This document shows positions 1-12,264 of a stretch of DNA of 64,000 nt, in pieces. The first letter of the stretch is position 1, and the number at the start of each line of letters is the position of its first letter. The notes under the pieces were generated by a model. It had not been told where the DNA came from, ran no database searches, and worked only from the letters and a program-made list of their open reading frames with translations. The DNA is from Selaginella moellendorffii. Lineage: Eukaryota; Plantae; Lycopodiophyta. The DNA lies in NCBI RefSeq assembly GCF_000143415.4, contig NW_003314314.1, positions 1,121,771 to 1,185,770 of the forward strand, read 5' to 3'. Position numbers and translations under genes: made by a program.

Positions 1-914
1 CGAGTTCGAGATAGAGTCCAAGATCTGAGATCGGGTCTGAGACTGGGTCCAAGGTCGAGTCCGAGACTGAATCCGAAGTCGGGTCCGAAATCGAGTCCGA
101 GATCGAGTCCGAGACCGAGTCCGAGTACTAATACAGGATGAGGGGTGAAAGCCCAAAGCGTGTGTCTCCAAAGGGGGGGGGGCGGTTCAGGGGGTTCCAA
201 AAGTATAGTAGGGATAGTGAGGTCCAAGAACCAGTCTTGAAGGAACTCTCCAATGGTGCTTCCAAATTGACTTGAGGTTAAGACTGGGACCGAAGGGCCT
301 TGGGTGGAAGTGAGCATGGACTCGGGTGGTGCCAGAGGGGCCACCCAAGGAAGTGCTCAAGAGCAGCTCCCACTCCTGGAAGGGAAACCGACTGTGGTGC
401 TCCCAGCTCATGTGGAGTGGTGCCCCACTTGAGTACCTTGTGGTTCATTGGTCCTCGCCCTTCCTAGGGGCTTGGGCCTTCCCTTTGGAATGGAAGTGGG
501 GGGGTAGAGGTACCCATATCGTTATGCCATGGTGTTTCGCCCCAGCGTCCCGAAGCATGTGTTGCACCCAAGACTTGGGATTTAGAGGGTCCTATGATCA
601 AGTCTTGTTGTACCAAGGGATGTTAGGAATCTAGAGGCTTGGTGTGCTTGGCTGCTTGTGCTTGCGTGGAGTGTAGTTGAACCTTAAGTCTAGTCTAACC
701 CGGGGAGGGGGATTGGGAGAGATTTGGAATCCGTGGATAGATGGTTAACGCTCTATTGTTTGTGTAGTGAGTAGTTGAAATTAAATAGGACCAAGTAGGA
801 GCTGGTACAATAGGCGAGAACCTTGGCAAGGGAACTTAGCTAAAAGCCAAGGCAGTGTTAGTCGGATAGATGAGGTAAGCTGGCAAATTGGAAAGGAAAA
901 ATTTATGGCTTACA
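1..914 (+). mobile_element. Gypsy family-A LTR (5' end outside the window; solo or 3' LTR)
   Basis: Aligns by eye with the LTR at 30950-32118. Ends in ...ggcttaca (914), has no PBS after it, and begins in the GAGTCC/GAGATC hexamer array. Confidence 0.85.
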
Positions 915-2200
915 TAAGATAGAGGGAGGCTCAAAACATGGCTTGCGTTTGCCACTTTTCAGAACACGACCCACTCCAAGGAATTCTTAAGCTACAAGCT
1001 GAGAAAGGAATGGTTGTGCAAAGGAAGATCACCAAAGCTACAATGGCCGACCAGGTAGCATTGCAGCTCATCTAGGAAGCACTGGACGACTGTAAAAGGG
1101 AACTCATTTTGGCATTGGACACTTGCTCCACCAAGCTTCGGAAAAGGCAGGTAGCGCTCAAAGGGGATGTCCTAAAGGAGGTGAGACTGGTGAGTTAAAG
1201 GTGGCGGCGGCCCAAAGAATGGGCCTACACACAAATGACTAGGCCAGATGGACAGGAATATTGGATGAGAGGGAAGAAGAGCTACGAGATAAAGAATATG
1301 CAGCATGGAGTGCTGAACTCTACACCATGGAGGAAAGCTGGGCAATGAATGAGAGGCTTCTCAACAAAGCCTTCTTCAAGGGGATCCGTCCAGTCACCGA
1401 CTCCCCCCAATCTTGGGACTGAGGAAGGACAATGGAGAAGCAATTGAGGACCAACAGGGAATGTAGGGGCTGGCATAGGAGTTCTACCAGAGGCTGTACA
1501 CCACCCAGCCTTGTTCCCAGGGTAGGAGAGACATAGCAAGCAGGGTGCCGTCCTCTCTCCCATGGAGAGTTCCCGACGAGTACCTGGAGATGCTGGTGGC
1601 CAATTTTTCTTTGGAAGACCTCCACTAAGCTCTGGAGCAGCTGAATGGTGACAAGATGCCGGGTATGGATGGTCTCCTTCTAACGTTCTATGAGGAGTAT
1701 TGGGACAACATCGGCTTGATGCTCCTAGAGACATGGCGAGGCACATAGCAAACAGAGGCACTGTCGGGAGAGATACCAGAGGGACAAATTGCATTGATTC
1801 AAAAACATGGAGACCTCCAAGAACTTAGGAACTGCCACCCCATAACCAGGCCCTCTGGGAAGCACGTAATCAGGCGCATTTTGACGGGACACAAATTAGG
1901 GTATCACAGATAGTGGTCGAGTGGTGGAGACTTACACTGGCAGCAGTACGGCTTCACCATGCTATCCTCCGAGACATAGGGAAACTAGAGAGGCTCGAGG
2001 AATGGCAGAAAGCATGGCTGCCATGTTTCAGTGAAGGCGACCATAAAGAGGTTTGTTGGAGATGGCACCCCTCGGAGTTGATCTTGCGGTCAGCACAAAG
2101 GGGGGACTTGGATTTGGATGCGACACGACAGAGGCTACCGCAGCCACTTCTACTTCAAGTCTAGTTTTACTTTGGATGAGGGACCTATCCACTAGGTAGC
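915..2200 (+). pseudogene. Degenerate L1/Tx1-like LINE ORF2 fragment
   Basis: ~1646-1850 translates as GDKMPGMDGLLLTFYEEYWDNIG...GQIALIQKHGDLQELRNCHPIT, matching the LINE pre-RT motif KSPGxDG..FY..W...I.LIPK...NWRPI. Has stops and frameshifts. A related stretch lies at ~41335-41520. Confidence 0.7.
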
Positions 2201-2277
2201 ACGAGCTTTGGGCAGCATGCCTGGTTTTTGTATTAGTCCCTATAGGACATTGGGGAATTTACATACACGTTTCATCA

Positions 2278-3960
2278 AAGTGAAAGTCTAACAAGCGTAA
2301 TATGTTTTGACCAAAGGCTTTGATTTGGAAAGTTGAGAGTGAGAGTGGAACTTCAAATGAAGTGCTCGAGGGATGAGCATGAAGCAATAGGTGAAATAGT
2401 CTTTGAAAAAGGGACACAAAAGGATTGACACATGGTAAGTGTCATTACACATTGAAGTGTCAAGAATGAGTTCAAAAAGGTGTTTGAGATGGAGTCTGAT
2501 ATGGACCCAAGATGGAGTCCAAGATGGACTTAAAATGGAGTCTGAGATGGACCTAAGATGCAGAACAAGATGGAGTCTAAGATGGATCTGAGATGGAATC
2601 CAAGATGGAGTCCGAGATGGATTTGAGATGGAGTCCAAGATGGACCTAAGATAGAGTCTAAGATGGAGTTCGAGATGGACCTAAGATAAAGTCAAAGATG
2701 GACCTGAGATGGAGTTTGAGATGGAGTTCGAGATGGAGTTCGAGATGGAGTCTGAGATGGACCTGAGATGGAGTCTGAGATGCACTTGAGATGGAGTCTG
2801 AGATGGACTTGAGATGGAGTATAAGATGGAATTGAGATTGAGCCCAAGGTTGAGTCTATGATGGACCTAAGATGGAGTCTGAGGCTGAGGCCAAGAAAGA
2901 GACTGAGACCAAGACCAAGACTAAGTCCGAGACTGAGTCAGAGTCAGAGTTTGAGTTCGAGTCTAAGGGTGAAAACTTAAAGCAATCATCTCCCAAACCC
3001 TAGGGGGTTTAGTGAGCTCCAAAAGTATAGTAGGGGAAGGACTCTAGTGGTGCTAGTTTGGCCAGGAAAGGCCAGTGTGACCAAGGAAGGCTATACCCAT
3101 GTGTTGGGTGATGATATAACCATTGAGGAGTCCAAGGCTAGAGTGGATATGGATAGATAAGTAGGGTAGTTTAGTGAAGTGTTCAAAAGCTGACTTTAAC
3201 TCCCTCGGGAGATCGAATGGTCAATACTCCAATTTAAGTGTGGGTGACACTACCTATTTAGATACCTAGCATAGCTCATTAAAACCTCACTTTAGCCACA
3301 TGGTTAGGGCACTTAAAGGTAGAAGGTGGGGAGACTACCTATTAAGAAGCTCACATAAGGCCACAGTGTTTTGAAATGTCATCCCAAAATCCTAGTATAG
3401 AAAGGAAGAGCAAAAGTCCTTTTATATAGAGACCAAGGATACAATCATGCAATGAGGAAGTCCTAGATGTTAATGGGACTTAGTGGTCCAGCCTTTGGGC
3501 CAAGACCTAGTGGCAGTGTTGGCAAGCATTGCTAGGGACAAAGATGGACTTGATGAGAACTAAAAAAAGGATATTGGGGAAAGGTGTTCCTCATGTCTCC
3601 AAGCATTTTAAAAATGCTAAGGTGTGGTCATGGGATGACCACTAATGGATGGATGGTCGAGTTTTTGGGAGATGGGACTATGGTGTAGGCGGTCTTGGAC
3701 TACTGATGTAACGAAAAAGAATGGATATAGCTTTAGCATAACAGGTGGATATGTTTGTGGTACCTTTAGGTTTCTGTTGTGGGATTGGACACATGGAGCA
3801 CTTGGGCCAAATGTTATGGCAAAGTGGCATAGTGGCCATTAACGGGGCTAAGAAGTCCTTAAGTCCAGAGTAAGACTTATGTAAGTTATGAGTGAGATTC
3901 CTCCAAGTGGTTGGAGGTGTGGCTAAATAACTAAAGTAGAATAAAAAATTTAGCATCTTA
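2278..3960 (+). repeat. Family-B LTR-like repeat with internal GAGATGGAGTCC tandem array (~2485-2965)
   Basis: Homologous to 4504-4578 + 16722-19390 and to 38580-39845. Shares the 'tccaaaagtatagtaggg' block with the family-A LTR. Exact termini are unclear. Confidence 0.65.
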
Positions 3961-4855
3961 TAATTTGATATCAAAACTATTCTTTAATCTAGCTTTTATT
4001 GATGGCCAAGTATATCACCACTTGTATTGGCATTGAAAGGTCTTAGGATTGGGTTTATCCTCGAGGAGTAGTATGTTGGGAGGATGTGGCTCTCCACTCT
4101 AGTTCATGTATGAGGTTGTACACAATGTGGTGGATAGAAAGGGGTTGGTAAGGAACAACTTTGAGATCTTGGGAATAGTATAAAGTTTTCCTTAGAGAGT
4201 TGAGGATGTGATTCAAATAAGCATTTGATTTAGCAAACTGACTAATATAGTTATGCTAAACAACTATAGTTGGGATCACGAAAAGGATAAAGACTCCAAG
4301 ACAATAAAGGAGTCGCAAAGTTATCCTTATATAGTTGAAATTAGTGCTCATGAATTTGAAACTAAACTTAATAACTATGGGAAGTCAAATATAGATGAGG
4401 ACACAAGTCCTTGAAATAGTAGCCAGGGTTATCTTTAAAAGTGCTGGAACAACCCAAGGAGTTGCGGGTGTACTTAAATGGAGCAGAAAGAGTGTCACAT
4501 AGTTGTGGTCGAAGTGGAAGTCCAACAAACGTAACATATTTCAACCAAAGATTGTAATTTGGAAAGTTGAGAGTGGGAAAGCTTTATTTCGTTAAAGTGG
4601 GAATTGTCATTATCCCACTTGTAAAATAAGGTTTCCAAACCTTTATATAGTATATAAATATAACAAAATTCAACTGCATTGAGGCACATGCCATTTTATT
4701 TTAAACAAGGAAATGTCTACTCAATCACTTCTCCCCCCCCTGCCACTACTTCACCTCTCTCTTCTCCTTGTCATTGTCGTCCAATTTCTTTCCATCCTTT
4801 TAATATTGGCTCAGTTGCTCCGAGTCTAGGTGGAGCCCAAGTCCCCATTCAATCT

Positions 4856-7800
4856 TTACTTTCCCCTTATTAATAAAACAACTTTGTAGACTTCCAATAA
4901 CATGCTGTAACACGCTGTAACACTTCTAGTATAATGCACTGATGATTCTTGCAGGCAAGTAGAGTCCACTGGCGGATCCATATGCATGTCCAAATATCTC
5001 CCTTCGATTGAGATGGTATCCTCCCTACTGGCTACTAAAAACAAACTCATTAGCACATTGAATCGACTATACTGTATTTACCATCAACTGCTATTGAGGA
5101 ACTAGGACCGATATCACTTGGGCGCACTGCTGATTCTGAAGGATTGGACATACGTTTCGACCCTTGCTTGGCACTATCCTTCCTCGACACTAAAGGCTAG
5201 AGTTTGTATCTTAATTCAACTGAATAATCTCTACTTACCATTTGCTCTACGACCTACATGGACAATGTTAGAAATGGTAAAAGGTTAGGAATGGATGTAC
5301 TATTATTTACCTGATGGTTTGTCTTGTATGACCTTCCTCCGCTACTCTTTGGCCACCTCAAGCTGGCCATCGTCGTCATCATCGTCGTCGTCGTTATTGT
5401 GATCGTCACCATTGTGTAAGCAACTAAAGGGAATGACTTGAGAGACGATCCATAGGGGTTCAAATATAGAGGGAAAGGGCCCATGAACAAGAGTGCACCC
5501 CCTTTTCCAATCGGTTAAGGGTCTTGGGATATTTGGGGTTAAGCGTCCTTGGGTGTGAATAGTACTGGGCTGGGTGACCTCCTGGGAAGTCCAAAACTCA
5601 TGAGCTTACACATTGTGAGGACCATCCAAGTCCTCTTCGTCCTCCTCTTTTTTGTCCTCCTCTTCTTTGTCCTCCTCTTCGTCCTTCTGCTCTTCCTGCT
5701 CATTATCTTTCTCTGGCTCCTCATCCCCCTCCTGCATTTCTTCCATAGGCTGCTCAGGCTGGATGGCTTGTTCTTCCAGGACCATCTTGGGAAAATCATC
5801 TGGCCGAGTCTCCATCTCAAAATACAAGACATCCATAGCCTGTTTTAGTGCGTGACCTAGGACCGTATCCTCACCCGACTGTCTTAACATGGTTTCTGCA
5901 CGTTCTTGCACCCTTCGAAGACGACGAGATGAGAAAAACGTGGCCCTGACTTGAAAAGTATCCCTCATCCATTGTACCTCTCCATTGAGATTGGGGAAGG
6001 GGAGTCCGCCATAGGAATCTGAGTCAGGAGGTGGTGACTGGCTGCTTTCGCACACATGCCATAACCGCGAGGCATTACCTATCATCTTTTCGTTGCCCTT
6101 CTTCCTTTTCGAATCAAACACCTCTGATCCCGACGACTGTCCAACGTGCTTTCGCTTTTTATGACCACTGTCAGTTTGAGCTTGGCTGGTGCTTGCTTGT
6201 TTTGCCTTTGAAGAAGTGTCTCCTGCAAGGAATGGCATGAGACCACATGCCATTGCAAATATAATTTGTACCTCCTTTATTCCTATTGCTTGTCTGTTTG
6301 TCCTTCTTCGACGCGCCACCAGTGCGCTTTTCAGTCCTCATGTCTGAATATTCACAACGATCTATAATCAAAATGGCGTGAGGCCTCACGTGACCTTACC
6401 TTGTGCAGGTTGTGAGCTCGGCCCAACATGGGTATCTTCAACAGTAGATGTTAACGCCGTTTCAGCATCTGGGGGTGGCCACGCTCCTGCATACAGAGCT
6501 TGTGAGATAACATTTAAACTTAAAGTGCGTATTCACCAGGTTCGCAGAGAAGATACTATTTTTCTTTGGCAACTATAATTATATGCTCCATTGAAGTCAC
6601 CTCTTCAATGGAGTTTGTCACCGCAACACACGGGACACCCTTGAGTAGTGCGGCTCGAAAGAATAGTCCGCCGCAGTTGTACTCGACAACGCATTTGCCC
6701 TTGGAGTCGGAAGCAGGTGACCCACCCGCTATTGCGTTGAAGACTCAGCTGAGCATTTCCCATGCTGCACCTAGAGCTTTCTCTGGATTCGAAAGCTCCA
6801 TAGCCGTCTTCAGTTCCTCAGGCACGGGTAAATTGACCTCCCTCAGATCAATTCGATCGGCCTTGTCGAACGAAGATGGGAAGTCACTCCAGTCCCACTC
6901 TGGTGCAGGACCAATAAAAGGGCGAGTGTGAAGATGCGGACATTTGTCGGTATCTTCTTCTTAGCCATTATCCCATGGATCTCCTACATCTCCTTGCCTT
7001 TCAACCGAGCTTTCACCTCGTTCAAGGCCTTCCAGAACTTGTGATAGGATTCGGAGTTGTAGATCATATAGTGGACTGAAGATTCCACCTTCGCAAGTCC
7101 CACCATTAAGTCAATGATGGAGCTGACTTCGTCTGCATGAGTGATCTCCTCGTTTGTGAAGTCCATCACACAAAAGATGTTCTTGACCTGCTCATCTCCG
7201 CGGGAAACGATGCTCCTCCACCTTTGATCCTCATCCGAATTCACGTATACCCGGTAAGGTTCTCGATAGGCCTCTGCTGCGGGGTCGAGCTGTTTCTGAA
7301 GCCGGCGGTCGACATCCCTCTTAATGAAATTTGGATACTAATCCAACTTCTCAGCTTTACTTTTCGTGGCATCCCGTAGCAGATCGATGAACTTGGGGGC
7401 CCCCTTCACGTACTCGTCGATGTCTTCATTTGACAACTCCAGCTCTTCCATCATCTCTTGCGTGGTGTCGATGCTCACCCTCTCCACGGCCACTTGCTCG
7501 AAGATCCAATCCTTCAATAGCACACGAGCTCTCAGAGTCGTGCACAAGTCCTCGTATGTCACAATATGGCCGGGAGTCATTTTGGTCTTGTTGAAGACTA
7601 CCTCACCACGTAGAAGAGCATTAGCCACTGTCAGAAGGTCGTCGTCGTCTAGAGACCGCGAGAAACGCAAGGCGTTGAGCTTCAAATCATTGGGCTTCCG
7701 GCCGTCCTCCACACCCATTGAGTTTAGCAACTCCCCGTCATGGTACCTCCTTAGCACATCTACCCATTTGTCAAAAACAACTTTTGTCGCGAGTAGAATG

Positions 7801-9334
7801 TTATGGATGCTGAGTGTGTCATTCACCCCCAGTGTTTTCGAGAGAAAACTCGAGAATTCCTGCAATGGAAATGGCGTGAGGCCACATGCTATGCCACATG
7901 CAACGAGGCTTACCTGCCAGGCGCTAGTTGCTAGTGCACGTCCTTGTCCTAGTTTTTGTGGCTTCTTCAGTTGAACCCAGAGCTTCCGTGTTCGTGCCAA
8001 TGTCTCGTGCAGACCCGATTTGTAGCACGTTTCTTGCTTGACATTCTGCGCGTGGGAGATGGATATGATAGATCGGAGGGGCGAGTTGCCTTTTATCAGG
8101 CGGACAACTCTTGTCTTGAAGACTTTCTTCACCTCCTCGCCCACCATAATATCCACAACTATCTCTTGCATCGCTAAGCTAGAATGCTGCCCGGAGACGG
8201 CATAGAATCAGATGTTCTGATCGTCCAACACCTTCCTATTGATCAAGTCTGGAAACTTCATCTCGCCCTTCATTGTTCGGTAGTAGGGGATCACGTCTGC
8301 GATGTCGGGTGTTACTGGACTTGTCAGCATCTTCTGCTTCAGTTTCTCCACCCACTCATCAGATACTAGCTTGTGGTTGTATTTGCTTTGGATGTCGATA
8401 CGGCTCACGTCGATTGTATATACTTTGTTGGAATAGTAACAAGTACTATTATCTGCGACGATTTTTGCTGCCTCGTCTTACTCTTTCTGCTCTTTGCGGC
8501 TCTTCTTTTTGGTGGGTGTAGTGTTCGAACCCGAGGCAATGGCATCACCGAGTAGCTTCTTTTTTGGAGCAGGAGAGTCGGACGTCGGCTTGAGCTTAAC
8601 CACCCTTTTCTGCTTCGGGGTAGTTTCCAGATCGACCCCCTTCCCCTTCGCTTCGCGAACTGGAGGCACTCTCAACGGCTCAATGTTGGAATATAGTTTT
8701 TGAACATCGCCGTAGGTGAGGTCCGTGGATTCCATGTGATCTTCATAGACGCGCAGCGTCTTTGAAATTGTGGGCCTCCTGGACAACCTCTCCCTAGCTC
8801 CCTCTAGGAATTCCTCATAGCCACTGCCCCCCTCGGGGAAGCCGCTAGGATGTGCAAGGTGGATCTTGAAGGCGGACGCTGTCTCTACCACAAGTGCCAG
8901 TCCATATTCTTGCATGGAACTGCATGGAGTGTCTGTCACTTGGATGAGGATCCCCATGCATTCTTTTCTCCCACCATCTGTGTTGTACAGCCTCAGATCC
9001 TCACCTTCCATCCCGAAAGTCCAACTGGTGAGCTCCTCCCCCTTCTCTACATCCACATTGACAGTGGCTGGAAGAAAAACGCAATTCCTCGCCTGTTCAG
9101 AAATGCACAACAATTAGAGCTGACAGATGAAAAGCAAGCAGCTGGAAATAACGTGAGGCCACACGCCATTCACCACTGCATCAGATGTCTTGAGGCTGCA
9201 TCCTAAGATGGCGTGAGGCTACATGCCATCTGTAACCGGACTGCACTCGAGAGCCCAATCGGTGCATGCCAATGTTGCTACTGAATGGCATGTGGCCTCA
9301 TGCCATTTTCTACTTGGCCTAAAAGACTTACCAT
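4856..9334 (-). pseudogene. Transposon accessory gene: ParB/Srx-like domain + helical region + degenerate amino-methyltransferase-like fold + acidic tail
   Basis: ORFs ending at 9113/8408/8171/7244 share one frame, broken only by stops explicable as C>T changes. Putative ATG at 9334-9332. GT-AG introns at 9093-9331, 7860-7913, 6487-6536, 6344-6399 and 6223-6271 preserve frame into ORF 5606-6319. One frameshift lies near 6850-6990. Further small exons down to ~4860 are less certain. Confidence 0.7.
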
Positions 9335-9539
9335 TTGAAGCCGAATGGAGGCGTGACAATCGAGGCCGGACTCGATGGCAAATGTGCACTGTGTGTGCAG
9401 CGGATCGTAGTAGCAAGGCTACTCTGCCACTTACAGTTGGAGAGTGGCACTGAAATCTCCTGGGACGCCAAGTGAGCTGTGTGTGGGTGGCGGAGTGGGC
9501 GGCGGAGTTGGCGGCAAAGTTACAAACTGGGTGTGTCTT

Positions 9540-9735
9540 GAAGTGGACACCGATGCACACGAGCGCGATGCGAGCGCGAATGTGATGCAAGCGCGAGTGG
9601 ACACCGATGCACACGAGAAACCTGTAGAGAAAGTAGATGAGCGCGAATGTGAGCGTGATCGCGAGTGGGAGCGCGATGCGAGCGCAAGTGTGATGCGAGC
9701 GCGAGTGTGAGTGTGATGCGAGCGCGAGCGCGAGT
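9540..9735. repeat. CpG-rich degenerate GCGAGC/GCGATG repeat upstream of the accessory gene
   Basis: Reiterated gcgagcgcga/tgtgatgcgagc units and a duplicated gtggacaccgatgcacacgag. Confidence 0.75.
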
Positions 9736-10080
9736 ACGAAGCAAAATGCAAAACTTAACCTCACACGCGTGAAATGTCATGACAGTTGGTAATCCCGCAA
9801 CGTCATCATTCCTCGGACTTGGGCGCCACCATTAATTTCTGGATTGCCGCGCGCATGCAAGCACGCAAAATCCAAAAGAAATCCGCAACGTCATCATTCC
9901 TCGGACTGCATGCACGCGAAATCCAAAAGAAAGATCATGATTGGGATATCATTTAATACCCTCGCTATATTTATACCATGCATGATTGGATATTCCAAAG
10001 CATCTTGTATTTCCAAAAATGGCAGATGTTCAGCTAAATAAAGAAATTCTATCTGTTTCTATTTTTCTCTCAAATCAATA

Positions 10081-11402
10081 TTATAGCGTGTGGGCTCATG
10101 CAATTTTGAACCAAAGAAACCCAAAAAACGTTGGACCCAAAATATTTTGGAAAAACCCAAAAAACCCTAAACATTTTAAACCCAAAAATCCAGGCGTCCT
10201 GTGGCGTTATTCTTTGAATGGCGTGTGGGCGCATGCCATTTTCAGGGCCAAATGCTGAATGGAGAAAAATTCCCTTTCAATGCAAATGCTGCAAGAGGCA
10301 GATGCCGAGCACAAAGGACTGTAACTACCTCACATGACACAGATAAACTTTTCTCTATTTGGCAAAGATAAACTTTATAGCGTGTGGGCTCATGCAATTT
10401 TGAACCCAAAAAATGCACCAAAAAATTCTCGGCGTCATCTGGCATTATCTCTTGAATGGCATGGGGCCGCATGCCATTTTCAGGGGCACATAGGAGTATA
10501 TTCCTAGGATATTCTGACACGCGTGAGATTTTTTTGAGTTTTCTGGAGATCCAACCGTTAGATCGCAACTAGATTTTACAGAATGGTATACAATGCCCTT
10601 CTTGATGACCCTGCAGAGAAGCATCTCGATCGGACACCACATGAGACCACACGAGCCTTACAATGTTTCAGGGGCATTTGCCATAGATCCAACCGTTATT
10701 TTGCTCCAAGATTCTACAGTTTGGTGTGCATTGACCTTTCCATTGACACTGCAAAGGGACACCACAATCAGATGTGAGATCACAAGAAACCAACTTCACT
10801 AACTCTGGTTTCACCAAGATCTACGTAAGGAGTTATGAAATGAAAGGACCTTCTCTATTGAAATGTGTTTATGGTCCTAGGGGCATTGTGACATATCAAA
10901 GGATTTTGCATCAAGTTCTGTATTTGCATGTTTATCAAGCTACTGAATTGCTAAACCCTAAACCCTAAACCCTAAACATGTGGCAAATGCTGCATGAAGA
11001 AAGATGCGGGCAAATGCTGTAAGAGGCAGATGCCGAGCAGATGTATCTCAAGCTAGCGAAGGGGACAAACGAAAGCTAGCTATAAACATGATGGGATGCA
11101 AATAGATTACTAGGCTGGTCTTGCGAAAATCAAAAACCATAATTGAAAACATTGAAAATGCAAAAAGAAAGGTTTATAATATTTTTGAATTTTAAGCAAC
11201 CAAAGGAATGTAAGTAGGGCATGTGTTTGTAAGTTTAAAAATGCCTGAACCACTTAAATTCCCAAGTAAATAAAGCTATTTCTATTTTTGGTACAGATAA
11301 ACTTTATAGCGTGTGGGCTCATGCAATTTTGAACCCAAAAATGCACCAAAAAATGCTCGACTAGCATTATTCTTTGAATGGCATGTGGCCTTATATTGCC
11401 AT
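10081..11402 (+). repeat. Three copies of a 100-170 bp unit, each bounded by two palindromes
   Basis: Unit ttatagcgtgtgggctcatgcaattttgaacc...ttat(t)ctttgaatggc..catgccat at ~10081-10247, 10375-10485 and 11304-11402. Confidence 0.85.
10951..10977 (+). repeat. Interstitial plant telomeric repeat / telo-box cluster (CCCTAAA)x3+
   Basis: Sequence reads ctaaaccctaaaccctaaaccctaaac. Confidence 0.9.
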
Positions 11403-11689
11403 AAATGGACGTACACACACAGCATAATTATTCCTTTACACGGCGAATAATCTTGGTGCGGATCGCTGACATGGCATGGCAAAGTTCGAATCACTGACAT
11501 GGCACAGCTGGATCGAGGCAAGGACATGATGTGACAAAGTTCAACCTCCGACAACAAAGTCTAGAAGCTACTCAGTTTGAAATTTGTCAGAGGAATCATA
11601 AGATCTGGTTTGTCAGAGGATTTAATGTGACGTTCAAGCGTGTGTTATTTTTGAATTCTCGAACTCATTCCTAGGTCTATCATTTTTGT

Positions 11690-11900
11690 GCGCCGTGTTC
11701 TTGGTTCCGCTGAGCGCAGTGAGCACTGCTTGTGTAAGTGGCGTTGTGAGCTGTGGTTTATGCGTCTACGAGCGGTTGCGGCATTGCGAGCGCCATTGCG
11801 AGCGGCAGTTTATGCGAGTGGCAGTTTGTGCGAGCGGCATTACGAGCAGTTGCGGTGTTGCGAGTGGCGCTACGAGTAGTTGCGGTGTTGCGAGCAGCAC
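11690..11900 (+). repeat. CpG-rich degenerate TTGCGAGCGGCA repeat upstream of the transposase
   Basis: Reiterated gttgcg/gcgagc units. Confidence 0.7.
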
Positions 11901-12264
11901 TGTCTTTGGTGTGGCTACCGCTTCCTCTTGATATTCGGCACTTGTGCTTCCTGGTATGTTCACCATGGAATGGCTTAGGACCACATTTAGAAATGGCATG
12001 AGGCCACATGCCATCTTGGGCCCTTGCAATTTCATGGCTAATGTATTGTCATGTATGTTTTTACTTGCCTGCAGCTATGTGTATATCAAAATGGCATGAG
12101 GCCTCATGCCAATTTTGTGAATGCGAAATTTCACGTGGGTGTCAATAGCATGTTTGAATAATGGCATGTGGCCTCATGCTATTGAGGTTATTTGGTATGT
12201 TATGATTTAGGCCATTCTCCAATCATTTTTTGTATGGTCTTAACTTCTTTTCTGCACTTTCAGA

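Noticed and set aside
7366-7974. Long plus-strand ORFs antisense to the cargo gene (also 6566-6931, and 45567-46289 opposite the LRR gene)
   Set aside because: Shadow ORFs of real opposite-strand coding sequence, with no motifs.
10951-10977. Telomeric tract as a healed chromosome break
   Set aside because: Only ~3.5 units, internal to an element with intact TIRs and TSD.
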